From positions 1 to 54,167 of the forward strand of contig JACQCF010000023.1 in assembly GCA_016201795.1 (NCBI GenBank): 54,167 bases of DNA, in the 5' to 3' direction. Both the position numbers and the translations under genes were made by a program. The stretch comes from Candidatus Omnitrophota bacterium (lineage in GTDB: Bacteria; Omnitrophota; Gorgyraeia; Zapsychrales; Fredricksoniimonadaceae). The notes below the pieces were generated by a model, which was not told the DNA's origin, ran no database searches, and was given only the letters and a program-made list of their open reading frames with translations. Shown in pieces: positions 37,324 through 46,806 of the stretch. Position 1 is the first letter of the stretch, and every line of letters begins with the position of its first letter.

Positions 37324-38010
37324 ATGAAAACTTTTTGTATCGGTGACATACACGGTGCTTACCAGGCGCTCTTGCAGTGTTTCAAACGTTCGGGTTTTGA
37401 TTATCAAAGCGACCGGTTGATTGCCCTGGGCGATGTGTGCGACGGATATCCGCAGGTGCATCTTTGTATCGATGAGCTCTTGAAAATTAAACATTGCGAT
37501 TATATCATCGGCAATCATGATGTATGGGCTTTGGATTGGGCCTTACGGGGGGATAAACCGGATATTTGGACCAGCCAGGGCGGAGCAGGAACGATTCTCT
37601 CTTATAGCGGCGGGCCAGTACCCCAGACGCATGTGGATTTTCTAAAAAACGCGCATCCCTGGCTGGAGGTAGGAAAGAAATTATTTGTGCACGGCGGCTT
37701 TGATCCCCGCATTCCTTTAGCTCAACAAAGCCTGGAGAAACTGGTATGGGATAGAGACTTGCTTTATAGTGCCTGGAAAAAATATTTGACGGGTGAAGAT
37801 TATCAGTTCAGTGGCTATGAAGAGATTTTTGTCGGGCATACCACGACCGAAACGTTTCATTCGACATTGCCGCTCCATCTTTGCAATGTCTGGGCTTTGG
37901 ATACGGGGGCCGGCTGGTCGGGTCCATTGACGATCATGGATATTCAAACAAAACAATACTGGCAGTCTGATGTTACAACTAAACTTTATCAGGGCTTCCG
38001 GAGTCGATAA
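37324..38010 (+). CDS. Metallophosphoesterase (PPP/ApaH-like)
   Basis: GDIHG, GDVCD, GNHD, VHGG, GHT, LDTGAG. Confidence 0.9.
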   Translation: MKTFCIGDIHGAYQALLQCFKRSGFDYQSDRLIALGDVCDGYPQVHLCIDELLKIKHCDYIIGNHDVWALDWALRGDKPDIWTSQGGAGTILSYSGGPVPQTHVDFLKNAHPWLEVGKKLFVHGGFDPRIPLAQQSLEKLVWDRDLLYSAWKKYLTGEDYQFSGYEEIFVGHTTTETFHSTLPLHLCNVWALDTGAGWSGPLTIMDIQTKQYWQSDVTTKLYQGFRSR

Positions 38011-38016
38011 ATATTT

Positions 38017-38748
38017 ATGCCAGCGAAATTATATTTAATCCCTAACACGTTAACTCAAGAAGCCGGCGCGTCTTTTATACCAGAGGCGGTGGCCAAGGCT
38101 ATCCAAGAAGTGCGGGTATTTTTCGTCGAGGAACCTAAATCTGCCCGCGCGCTGTTAAAAAAACTTCGACCCGATTTTCCTCTGGCTGAATGTACATTTT
38201 TTGCGCTTAATGAACATACCTCTTTGATAGAGACAAGGCAATGCCTTGTCTCTACAGTCAATCAAGGCAAAGACATTGGTATTATCTCCGAGGCGGGCTA
38301 TCCGTGTGTGGCTGATCCGGGTGCGGATTTAGTGCGTTTGGCTCAAGCCCAAGGCATAGAGGTGGTGCCTCTGGCGGGGGCTTCCTCTATTATATTAGCG
38401 CTGGCAGCCTCCGGACTTAACGGCCAGAGCTTTGCTTTTAACGGTTATTTGTCCAAAGACAAGGGTGAGCGTCTCAAAAAGATCAAAGCTTTAGAACAAC
38501 ACTCAGCGCAAGAAGGCCAAACTCAAATCGTCATGGAGGCCCCTTACCGCAATCAAAATCTTCTGGAAGATTTTTTAAGCGTCTGCCATCCCAAGACACT
38601 TTTATGCGTAGCTTCTGATATCACCGGTTCTTCACAAATGATCAAGTCCTGCTCTATCCAGGAATGGAAAAAGAAGCCTCTGGTTTTAGAAAAAAAGCCC
38701 ACTTTGTTTATGATTAACTTTACCACGGGTTTACCTGTGGATGGATAG
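38017..38748 (+). CDS. RsmI-like tetrapyrrole methylase-family methyltransferase
   Basis: LYLIPNTL, SEAGYPCVADPG, EAPYR. Confidence 0.85.
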   Translation: MPAKLYLIPNTLTQEAGASFIPEAVAKAIQEVRVFFVEEPKSARALLKKLRPDFPLAECTFFALNEHTSLIETRQCLVSTVNQGKDIGIISEAGYPCVADPGADLVRLAQAQGIEVVPLAGASSIILALAASGLNGQSFAFNGYLSKDKGERLKKIKALEQHSAQEGQTQIVMEAPYRNQNLLEDFLSVCHPKTLLCVASDITGSSQMIKSCSIQEWKKKPLVLEKKPTLFMINFTTGLPVDG

Positions 38749-38812
38749 GGTTCGTTTGACTGAAGGTCGTTATACAAAACATTTAAGGAACCACGGGCTT
38801 GCCCGCGTGGAT
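38723..38812. repeat. Pair of CCACGGG-NN-CCCGTGG-type hairpins (possible IS200/IS605-like remnant)
   Basis: CCACGGGTTTACCTGTGGAT (38723) and CCACGGGCTTGCCCGCGTGGAT (38791). Confidence 0.6.
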
Positions 38813-39112
38813 CCAATTTATGTTTGACATTATATTTACTTATAAAATTTAGCATTTTATTGACATTATTCAAAAATTTATGTTAGCATAATTTGTTTAT
38901 ATAACATTTATTCCTTTATATACATTATCCAAAGTACCAGCTCTAGAGGCTTAACACTTTGCGTAAATCCGTCGAGATAATAGAAAAAGTTCTAAACTTT
39001 TGCGCGGCAATAAGACAAAAAAGAATATGAGAGGGAAATTGACTGTTAACTATATATTAAGGAAGAGGCTAATTGGGAAGAAATTAGCCTCTTTTCTTTT
39101 TAGGGTGGCCCC
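38813..39112 (+). promoter_or_regulatory. AT-rich regulatory region upstream of the secretin/giant-gene locus
   Basis: TTGACATTAT twice (38824, 38860); the second is followed after 18 nt by TAGCAT with an upstream TG. Confidence 0.5.
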
Positions 39113-39985
39113 ATGAGTTATTTTAAAGTTCTGGGATTTGAGGAAGAACCATTTTCTACCAGCCCCGATCCCGACTTTTTTTATCTTTCTCGTGAGCACG
39201 AAACCGCGTTGACTAATATCATGATTGAACTGCGCCTTAAGAGAGGGCTTTCTGTTATCTTGGGAGATGTGGGGACCGGTAAGACGACTCTCTCGAGAAA
39301 ATTGATTCAAGAACTCAAAGAGCGGGAGGATTGCATATTTCATATCATCCTCGACCCCAGCTTTGAGAACGAAACTTTGTTTCTTACTTCTTTGGTGAAA
39401 AATTTTGAAATCAATGTCTCCTATCCTGTGGCTACCATCATTGACCTTCGGGATGCCTTACGGCGTTTCCTTTTTCAAAAGGGCGTCACCGAGGATAAAA
39501 CGGTCACTCTCATCATCGATGAAGCGCAGAAGCTTAGCGAAGACTCGTTGGAGATTCTGCGTCTGCTTTTAAACTATGAGACTAACGAATTTAAGCTTTT
39601 GCAGCTCGTCATCCTGGGGCAACTGGAGCTCTATTCTAAAATTATAAATATTGCTAACTTCCTTGACCGCATAAGCTTTAAGCTCACTTTAAATCCGCTG
39701 GGTTTTGAAGAAACCAAGGAGATGATTGAATTCCGTATCCGGCAGGCTGGCTATAAGGCGAGTATGCATATATTCTTGGATGATGGGGTAAAGGAGATTT
39801 TTCAGTATAGCCGCGGTTACCCCCGGCGTATAACCATGCTCTGTCACCGCGCCCTGAAGGCGCTCGTGTTAAGGAAGAGGTTTGCAGTGGATGCGGCGTT
39901 GGTGAGAGAACTTATTGATGAGGAAATAAAATCGGGATGGCACCGGAAAGATCTATTACTCCAGAAAAACAGCTACTCAGGTTAA
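39113..39985 (+). CDS. ExeA/GspA-family AAA+ ATPase
   Basis: FEEEPFSTSPDPDFFY, Walker A GDVGTGKT, LIIDEAQ, LGQLEL, GYPRRI. Confidence 0.9.
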   Translation: MSYFKVLGFEEEPFSTSPDPDFFYLSREHETALTNIMIELRLKRGLSVILGDVGTGKTTLSRKLIQELKEREDCIFHIILDPSFENETLFLTSLVKNFEINVSYPVATIIDLRDALRRFLFQKGVTEDKTVTLIIDEAQKLSEDSLEILRLLLNYETNEFKLLQLVILGQLELYSKIINIANFLDRISFKLTLNPLGFEETKEMIEFRIRQAGYKASMHIFLDDGVKEIFQYSRGYPRRITMLCHRALKALVLRKRFAVDAALVRELIDEEIKSGWHRKDLLLQKNSYSG

Positions 39986-40626
39986 TTGAGGAACACAAGG
40001 TCCAGAGGAATACCGCCACCCTTCAGGTGCAGGCCTTAAAATACCACAATCTCAGTTTTCTGTCTTTGGGGGCGTGGGTGGGAAGACTCTCTTTTTCCAA
40101 GGATTGGCTGCAAAAGAGGCTGCATGGAGTAAGGGGACAGCCCTTTGATATTAAAATTATAAACCAAGCGGCCGTTGTCTGTATATATATTTTGGCTGTC
40201 TATTTCTCATTTAATTTTATTTCTTCTCTGGTTGATCTATGGAGAATTCCCAATTTAGAGATTAAATCTTCTGAGAAGATAAGGCCTTTGAGTTTCCGAG
40301 AAAATTCGGTTTTGAAGACAGTTGCCTCTTCCTATCTTGAAAAGGTCAGGGAAAGGGATCTCTTTAAGATCGGCAAGGGGACCGATAGGGCAACAGAAAA
40401 TAAGGAAGTTAAAGGCCCCTCCTCCCAGGTGATCGAGGCTTCTGGAAATTTGAAATTGGTAGGAATCTCCTGGTCCAGCGATCCTGACGCGATCGTTGAA
40501 GACACCAAAGCTACCAAGACTTTTTTTGTCAAGGTGGGGCATACGATCGGAGAGGGGAAGGTACAGGCAATTTTTAAGGACAGAGTGATCTTAAGGTATG
40601 GCGACGAGGAGATCGAGTTAAAATGA
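39937..40626 (+). CDS. GspC/PilP-like bitopic protein
   Basis: One TM; C-terminal LKLVGISW..DAIVED..FVKVG..VQAIFKDRVIL domain. Confidence 0.7.
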   Translation: MAPERSITPEKQLLRLIEEHKVQRNTATLQVQALKYHNLSFLSLGAWVGRLSFSKDWLQKRLHGVRGQPFDIKIINQAAVVCIYILAVYFSFNFISSLVDLWRIPNLEIKSSEKIRPLSFRENSVLKTVASSYLEKVRERDLFKIGKGTDRATENKEVKGPSSQVIEASGNLKLVGISWSSDPDAIVEDTKATKTFFVKVGHTIGEGKVQAIFKDRVILRYGDEEIELK

Positions 40627-42569
40627 GAGATCCAAATGCGCTTATCTTCCCGATTGTTATTTTCATTGCCACGGGCCTGTGGTTATCGGCGGGAGGGACT
40701 CTTTATTCCGAGGAAAGGGCTGATATCGTAGTGAACGTTTCCAACAACTCCACTACCAATCAAGTTATCGCGCAGAATGTTGTTACCGAAGAAAAGGCGG
40801 CACAGCAACCTAAGCAGGAATCGGTTTCGAGCGAGAAGGTTGTTTCTCCTGCACCCCAGAAGGGAGACGAGGTTTCTCCCATTCCCGGCGGTATGGAAGG
40901 AAAGCTTTCCCTCGATTTACGTAGTATCGACATAGTGGATGCTCTTAAATTTTTAGCTGTCAAAGTCGGATTGAATATCATTGCGACCAAGAATGTCACC
41001 GGCAGGGTAACGCTCATGGTTGATAGCGTTCCCGTCAAGGATGTATTCGATATTATGTTGCGCTCCAACGGCCTGGCGTTTGTTAAAGAGGGAGATATCT
41101 ACAATGTGATGACTGAGGATGAATACAAAGCAATGTACGGCAGAAAATTTTCTGATTTGCGTCAGGTTAAAGCTTTTCGACTCCAGTACGCCATACCCGA
41201 ACAGGCCTTCAGTATGCTGGATGCCTTGAAAAGCGATGTGGGCAGGGTGCTCGTTGATCCGGATTCGGGAACTGTCATGATTATGGATACGCCGGATAAT
41301 ATCAAGCGTACCGAACAGGCCTTGTTGACGCTGGAGCAGAAAAATCTGGTGCAGGTTTTTACTCTTAAATATGCCAGGGCCAAAGAGGTGGAAGAGCAGC
41401 TCAAGCCTCAGTTGGATGGCAAAAAGGTAGGTTTCATTAAGGCCGATGATCGTTCTAACCAGATTATCGTCCAGGCCCTGCCTGAAAGGATGAGCGCTAT
41501 CGAACGCTTGATCAGCTCCATGGACAAAAAAACCAAAGAGGTTCTCATTGATACCAAAATCGTAAAGGTCAAATTATCTACCGAGCTTACCTCAGGGGTG
41601 GACTGGGAAGGATTATTTAACGTGGGCTCACAATTAGGCACCACCTATGTAGGTTCGTATCCTTTCAGCGTTTTACAGGCGTCTACCGCGGCGTGGCAGT
41701 CGCGGCAGAGTTTTCTTAATTCGCAGGGCGGTAATATCGGTGCCTATCCTTTCAGCGGCAATAGCGCAAGCGTAAATGCCAGCCAGAAGGTTGCTCCCGG
41801 TGAAATGCACGTTGGTGTCATCAAAAACAAGAAGGATTTTGATACCGTGATTAAGTATCTTCAGACGCTCGGGAATACCCAGCTTCTTTCCAATCCCAAG
41901 CTAGCGGTAATCAATAACCAAGAAGCCAAGATTCACATCGGAGAGCGCCAGGCCTATGTGACGAGTACCACGACCAGTGGCCAGACCACCTCCACCGTTT
42001 CCGAAGAGGTTACCTTCATAGATGTCGGTATCCAGCTGTCTGTAACCCCGACCATCAATGACGATGGCTATGTCACTATGAAGGTTAAGCCCGAGGTGTC
42101 GAGTGTTGTCTCCTACATCACCACACCAAGCGGCAATAAGATCCCCATCATTGATACTTCCACCGCGGAGACTACGGTCATGGTAAAAGACGGTTCCACG
42201 ATTATCATCGGTGGCTTGCGTAAAGAAGAAAAGGCTTCGAGTTCCACGGGCATTCCTTTCTTAAGTAAGATCCCTTTTATCGGTTTGTTTTTTCAATCAG
42301 GAAGCAAGAAAACGGAAAGAACGGAATTGTTGGTTATGTTGACTCCGCATATCGTCACCGGAGATACCCTGGTCACCGGAGATGAAAGGGAGTTTGGGAC
42401 CAAGCCCGGCAAGGAATATCAACCATACAAGCCGTTTCTCGCTGATACCGATTTGGAACCCGCCCAACATGTTATCGAGCAGAAGATGAAACCTTATCGG
42501 GAATATGGTGACCTTAAGCCGCAGCTCAAAGAATTGGCCCCAGTTATCAAAGGAGGCATAAGTGACTAA
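40623..42569 (+). CDS. Secretin (GspD/PilQ family)
   Basis: N0 and N3-like repeats, LLSNPKL, DVGIQLSVTP, VKDGSTIIIGGL, GIPFLSKIPFIG. Confidence 0.95.
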   Translation: MRDPNALIFPIVIFIATGLWLSAGGTLYSEERADIVVNVSNNSTTNQVIAQNVVTEEKAAQQPKQESVSSEKVVSPAPQKGDEVSPIPGGMEGKLSLDLRSIDIVDALKFLAVKVGLNIIATKNVTGRVTLMVDSVPVKDVFDIMLRSNGLAFVKEGDIYNVMTEDEYKAMYGRKFSDLRQVKAFRLQYAIPEQAFSMLDALKSDVGRVLVDPDSGTVMIMDTPDNIKRTEQALLTLEQKNLVQVFTLKYARAKEVEEQLKPQLDGKKVGFIKADDRSNQIIVQALPERMSAIERLISSMDKKTKEVLIDTKIVKVKLSTELTSGVDWEGLFNVGSQLGTTYVGSYPFSVLQASTAAWQSRQSFLNSQGGNIGAYPFSGNSASVNASQKVAPGEMHVGVIKNKKDFDTVIKYLQTLGNTQLLSNPKLAVINNQEAKIHIGERQAYVTSTTTSGQTTSTVSEEVTFIDVGIQLSVTPTINDDGYVTMKVKPEVSSVVSYITTPSGNKIPIIDTSTAETTVMVKDGSTIIIGGLRKEEKASSSTGIPFLSKIPFIGLFFQSGSKKTERTELLVMLTPHIVTGDTLVTGDEREFGTKPGKEYQPYKPFLADTDLEPAQHVIEQKMKPYREYGDLKPQLKELAPVIKGGISD

Positions 42570-43629
42570 ATTTAAAATACTGGCTATCGTTGTTTTAATC
42601 TTCATCCTTGGCCAGAGCGCAGGACTGCTTTATTTCGTCAGTAAGACACAAGGGCTTTTGCAGAAGAATCAGGAGCTGGTCGCTAAAGTCGAAAGGTACG
42701 GCCCGGGGTACGAAAAATTGGATAAACAGTTTCAGGAAGTGAGTAGTAAATATACCGCGGCGGCGAAGGAGCTGGAGACGGTTAAGGCAGACCGCGAAAA
42801 CATTCTCGCTCAGGCAAAAAGCCTTTTGGGAGAAAGGGCAAAAGCAGGAGAACTGGAAGAGGTAGCGGAGAAGGCGAAGGCAGAGGTAAGCTCAGTAAAA
42901 AAGGAGTTGGAGGAGGCAAAGAACCAAGGCCTTTCTTTGAAAGAAGAAATAAATAAATTCCAGGTCACGCAGGCCCAGCTGACTAAGGAAAGAGACGAGC
43001 TTAAAATTGCCTATGAGAAGGCGGCAAAAAACACTATCGTAAAGGAGCTCAACAACAAGATTTCTGGCTTGCAGAAAGATTTGAAGAGCAAGATTGCCCA
43101 GGCCCAGACGGAAAAGAAGAAACTGGAAGCGAAATTGAAACTGGCCGAGAAGGAAAACTCTCGCCTTACCGAAGAGAAGAACAAATGGAATACCGCCAGG
43201 GATCAGCTGACCGGTCAGTTGAATGACTATAAGAAAAATTACGTTGGGGCAGTTAAGAAAAACAAGGCGCTGGAGTCGAAGATAAAGGAGACGCCGGCTA
43301 AGTTCACCGAGATTGCCCGTCAGAACAAGGTTCTTTTAAGGCAGACTGCCGAGATGCATTATAACCTGGGGGTATTTTATACCAAGAACAAGGAATATGA
43401 TCGGGCGGTAGCGGAATTCGAGAAGGGTATCGAGATCAATCCCAACGATGCCTCTGCCCACTTTAATCTCGGGTATATCTATTCCGAATATCTAGTGAAC
43501 CGCAAGAGGGCGATGGAGCATTTCCGCCATTTTTTAAGGCTGACAAAGAGCGACGATCCCGATGTGGATTGGGTGAAGAAATACGTGCTTACGTGGGAGA
43601 CGTATGAAGGCAAAATGCCGATGCAGTAA
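42562..43629 (+). CDS. Membrane-anchored long coiled-coil protein with C-terminal TPRs
   Basis: TM, about 230-aa coiled coil, HYNLGVFY and HFNLGYIY TPRs. Confidence 0.85.
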   Translation: MTKFKILAIVVLIFILGQSAGLLYFVSKTQGLLQKNQELVAKVERYGPGYEKLDKQFQEVSSKYTAAAKELETVKADRENILAQAKSLLGERAKAGELEEVAEKAKAEVSSVKKELEEAKNQGLSLKEEINKFQVTQAQLTKERDELKIAYEKAAKNTIVKELNNKISGLQKDLKSKIAQAQTEKKKLEAKLKLAEKENSRLTEEKNKWNTARDQLTGQLNDYKKNYVGAVKKNKALESKIKETPAKFTEIARQNKVLLRQTAEMHYNLGVFYTKNKEYDRAVAEFEKGIEINPNDASAHFNLGYIYSEYLVNRKRAMEHFRHFLRLTKSDDPDVDWVKKYVLTWETYEGKMPMQ

Positions 43630-43679
43630 AAGTAAGTGGCATAATAAAAAAGTAAGGTGCATCATAAAAGGAGGAGAAG

Positions 43680-44234
43680 ATGGACAAGATAGGCAAAATA
43701 GCAGCATTAGTGGTGGTCGCAGTTTTGGTAGGGTCGGACTTGGTCTATGCCGGATTGTGGGGGAAATCCGAGCCGGAGGCATCCCAGCCGGTTCCCGCGG
43801 CACTTAAGGTAGTTCCAACCCAAGAGGTGCTGGCGAAAAAGAAGGCTGACCTCAATAACACGGAGTGGGCTGTCGAAGTAAAACCCATGAACGGCAAGGG
43901 TCAAGCGGAAAAGGATACGCTGACTTTTACTGACGGCAAGGTGGTTTCCAAGAATATGGGGCAGAAAGGTTACAGCCCTACCAATTATTCCGTTAGATTA
44001 CTGGATGATGAAACCTTTACTTGGGAAACCATGCAGACCTCTGAGAAGGATGGTGTCGCATTCTGGCGTGGCGACATCGGCCCTGATGGAATAATGCGCG
44101 GTGTCATCAGTAAACGTGACAAGAAAAATAATGGCAACGATTTTAGTTTCTTAAGCGTGAGCAGCCAGAAGATTACTCCGGTACAGCCTGAACCAGCACC
44201 GGCGCAGCCTGAACCAGCTCCCGCTAAGAAATAA
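43680..44234 (+). CDS. Exported beta-rich hypothetical protein
   Basis: AGGAGG SD, signal peptide, Pro-rich tail from a 21-nt tandem duplication (44184-44218). Confidence 0.75.
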   Translation: MDKIGKIAALVVVAVLVGSDLVYAGLWGKSEPEASQPVPAALKVVPTQEVLAKKKADLNNTEWAVEVKPMNGKGQAEKDTLTFTDGKVVSKNMGQKGYSPTNYSVRLLDDETFTWETMQTSEKDGVAFWRGDIGPDGIMRGVISKRDKKNNGNDFSFLSVSSQKITPVQPEPAPAQPEPAPAKK

Positions 44235-44269
44235 GTGAATATGCGGAGCAGTGTGGCCGAGGTGCGTCT

Positions 44270-44830
44270 ATGACGAAAGATAAGGTTTTTCATAGGCAGA
44301 TTATATTTATAATTGCCTTAGGCGCAGTCTGTCTCCTTGCGGGGGCGAGCCTTGCCGCTGCTGGCATCAAGTTTAGCGCGGCAGTGGATAAAATGGAATA
44401 TAAAACCGATGAGCCGATAAACATCATCTTTAGTTTGAAAAACGAAGGTAAAGAGGCGGTTTATGTCAACAGGCGATTTTATGTTGGTTTGGAGTCGATG
44501 CCGAAGCAGAAGCGGGATGTCTATCTTTTAGTAACCTCTCCTTCCGGGAAAAAGCTTACTTCTCCCAATAATTACGAGGCGGGTTTACCTAAAAGCGATT
44601 ATTTTGAACTGCTGGAGCCAGGAAAGGAAGTAAAATCAGAATACCCGCGCAACTTAAGAGGTTTTTTTGAGTTTAACGAGCCGGGGACTTACAAGGCGGT
44701 GGCTGTCTATCAGAATGTGTTTGGTGAAGAATTGGGCCTGAATGTTTTTAAGGATAAACTTGTTTCCCAACCGGTGTCATTTACCATTGTAAAAGCGGCG
44801 AGTGCCGCTCAAGGGACGGATAAGAAATGA
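44270..44830 (+). CDS. Exported hypothetical protein (Ig-like beta-sandwich suspected)
   Basis: Signal peptide; DKMEYKTDEPI..LKNEG, LEPGK, PGTY, SQPVSFTIV. Confidence 0.7.
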   Translation: MTKDKVFHRQIIFIIALGAVCLLAGASLAAAGIKFSAAVDKMEYKTDEPINIIFSLKNEGKEAVYVNRRFYVGLESMPKQKRDVYLLVTSPSGKKLTSPNNYEAGLPKSDYFELLEPGKEVKSEYPRNLRGFFEFNEPGTYKAVAVYQNVFGEELGLNVFKDKLVSQPVSFTIVKAASAAQGTDKK

Positions 44831-46302
44831 ACTTTTTTGTTTTTTTCTTAGTGTTATTTGGGTGTTGCTCCGCTGGGGCCTACGATTATAAGGAGATCCT
44901 CAAGGTGGATGAGGTGGGCGAGGCCTTCGGTAAATCAGTAAGTCAAAGGGACTTTCTCTATTATTATATCACCGCCTCCCGTTTTACCCGCTCAGAAAAT
45001 AAAGGGGAGCGCACCGATGAGGATGTACGGCAGGAGGCCTGGCAGAACCTCATTTTTGTTAAAGAAGCCAAAAACCTCGGCATTGAAATTCCCGCACAAG
45101 AAGTCACGGTAGAGGTCAAACGCCTGGTGGAAGAAAAAAATATAAACTATGGCACAGAAAAATATGCCGTGTGGGTAATGAATACTTTTGGGGAAGACTC
45201 CCAAACTTTTGAGCGCCGGATTGAGGATTTGTTGACCATTAATAAACTTCTTAAGATGAAACTGGACCCACAGGTCACCGTCACCGAAGAGGAAATGAAA
45301 GAGAGATTCCTCAATGATTACAATTCTTTTGAGAGCGAGTACATTCTTTTCGGTAAGGACAAAGAAGCCGCGGATTTCGTCAAACAATGCCGGCAGAACC
45401 CTAAATTGTGGTTTGACACCTACCAGGCCAAAAAACCTTTAGGCCAGAAGGGGGCCTCCTGGATTAACATTATGGCTTTGGGCGCCCTTATCGACCTGTG
45501 GCACATTCCCAAAGACGATGCCATTCGCATCCTCAACAGCAAGCCGGGAGATTTCATCGCCGCTAATAATTATTACGGTCCTGTAGCCGTGCGTCTGCTT
45601 TACGCCAAAAAGGTAAATTTAAAAGACTATGATGAGACTAAGCAGAAATATTACCGCCAGATGCTGACCGCTGGCAAAAAGCACAAGATCGCCCAGGACT
45701 GGCTCAATGAGCTTTTTAAGAGGGCCAGTTTTCGGGATTTTATTAAAGAGAAGGAGGACGCGGCCAAGAAGGAAGAAATGAAAGGAAAATCCTCCATCGT
45801 TTTAGAAACCAACCAGGGCAGGATAGAATTGAAATTATTCCCTGATATCGCGCCGCTGGCCTGTGAAAATTTCATTGGATTAGTGGAAAAAGGTTATTAT
45901 AACGGCGTTACTTTTCATCGGGTGGTTAAAGATTTTATGATCCAGGGTGGAGACCCCACGGCCACAGGCGGCGGGGGAGAGTCGATTTGGAAAAAACCTT
46001 TTGCCGATGAGATTTCTGACAAGGTTCAATTTGACAAAGGCGGTATTTTAGCCATGGCCAACAGCGGTTCCGACACTAATGGCAGTCAGTTTTTTATTAC
46101 CGCCAAGCCCACACCGTGGCTCAATGGCAGGCACACGATTTTTGGTGAGGTGACCTTCGGCATGGATGTGGTCAACAAAATCGATACTGTTTCGACGGAT
46201 AAAAATGACAAGCCCCAAAAGATTCAGAAGGTTATCAAGGCTTATGTGAAAAAAATGGAACCTGTGGAAAAACAGGAGAGGAAGAAAAATGAAGGCGCAT
46301 AG
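44827..46302 (+). CDS. SurA-N-like domain fused to cyclophilin-type PPIase
   Basis: C-terminal FHRVVKDFMIQGGDP, LAMANSG, GSQFFIT, HTIFGEV; N-terminal EAKNLGIEI..VTEEEMK. Confidence 0.85.
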   Translation: MNFFVFFLVLFGCCSAGAYDYKEILKVDEVGEAFGKSVSQRDFLYYYITASRFTRSENKGERTDEDVRQEAWQNLIFVKEAKNLGIEIPAQEVTVEVKRLVEEKNINYGTEKYAVWVMNTFGEDSQTFERRIEDLLTINKLLKMKLDPQVTVTEEEMKERFLNDYNSFESEYILFGKDKEAADFVKQCRQNPKLWFDTYQAKKPLGQKGASWINIMALGALIDLWHIPKDDAIRILNSKPGDFIAANNYYGPVAVRLLYAKKVNLKDYDETKQKYYRQMLTAGKKHKIAQDWLNELFKRASFRDFIKEKEDAAKKEEMKGKSSIVLETNQGRIELKLFPDIAPLACENFIGLVEKGYYNGVTFHRVVKDFMIQGGDPTATGGGGESIWKKPFADEISDKVQFDKGGILAMANSGSDTNGSQFFITAKPTPWLNGRHTIFGEVTFGMDVVNKIDTVSTDKNDKPQKIQKVIKAYVKKMEPVEKQERKKNEGA

Positions 46303-46777
46303 ACTCATGTTAAAAACGGTGATTGTCTTAGTCTGCGGGTGGTCGGGCATTGCTTGCGCGCAATCGATCAATAGTCAGACTAATACAACTACTCAGACGA
46401 CAAATGCCACAGCTGCCGCTGTGACAGATACCACGACGGCTGCCACTCAAGATAGTGGTGGGGCTATCGCCACTTCTGGGCAAAAAGAAATCCAAGGCGA
46501 GGTCAGTGCTATTGGTAAGGGTTATATTTCCATTGTTTATGAGCGCGATACGGCAAAAGGCATTGAATACGAAATGATGTTGCCCCTCGATGAGAACATA
46601 CAGTTTCAACATAAAAAAAGTCTTAAGGAGTTCGCTATCGGTGATACTGTTAAGGTAAGATTTGAAGATGCCACCGAAGAAGATAATGCGAAGGTTCAAC
46701 ATTTGAAGCGCAAGGCCAGGGTGATCAGTTTTGTGAGTTCGGCGGCGCCGACTCCGCCTGGATCCAGCGCTCAATAA
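46289..46777 (+). CDS. Exported hypothetical protein (Thr-rich linker plus small beta-barrel)
   Basis: Signal peptide, T/A-rich stretch, GEVSAIG...LKEFAIGDTVKVRFE. Confidence 0.7.
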   Translation: MKAHRLMLKTVIVLVCGWSGIACAQSINSQTNTTTQTTNATAAAVTDTTTAATQDSGGAIATSGQKEIQGEVSAIGKGYISIVYERDTAKGIEYEMMLPLDENIQFQHKKSLKEFAIGDTVKVRFEDATEEDNAKVQHLKRKARVISFVSSAAPTPPGSSAQ

Positions 46778-46806
46778 ATAAAGCGTGCAGGGTGATAAAA
46801 TAGGAG

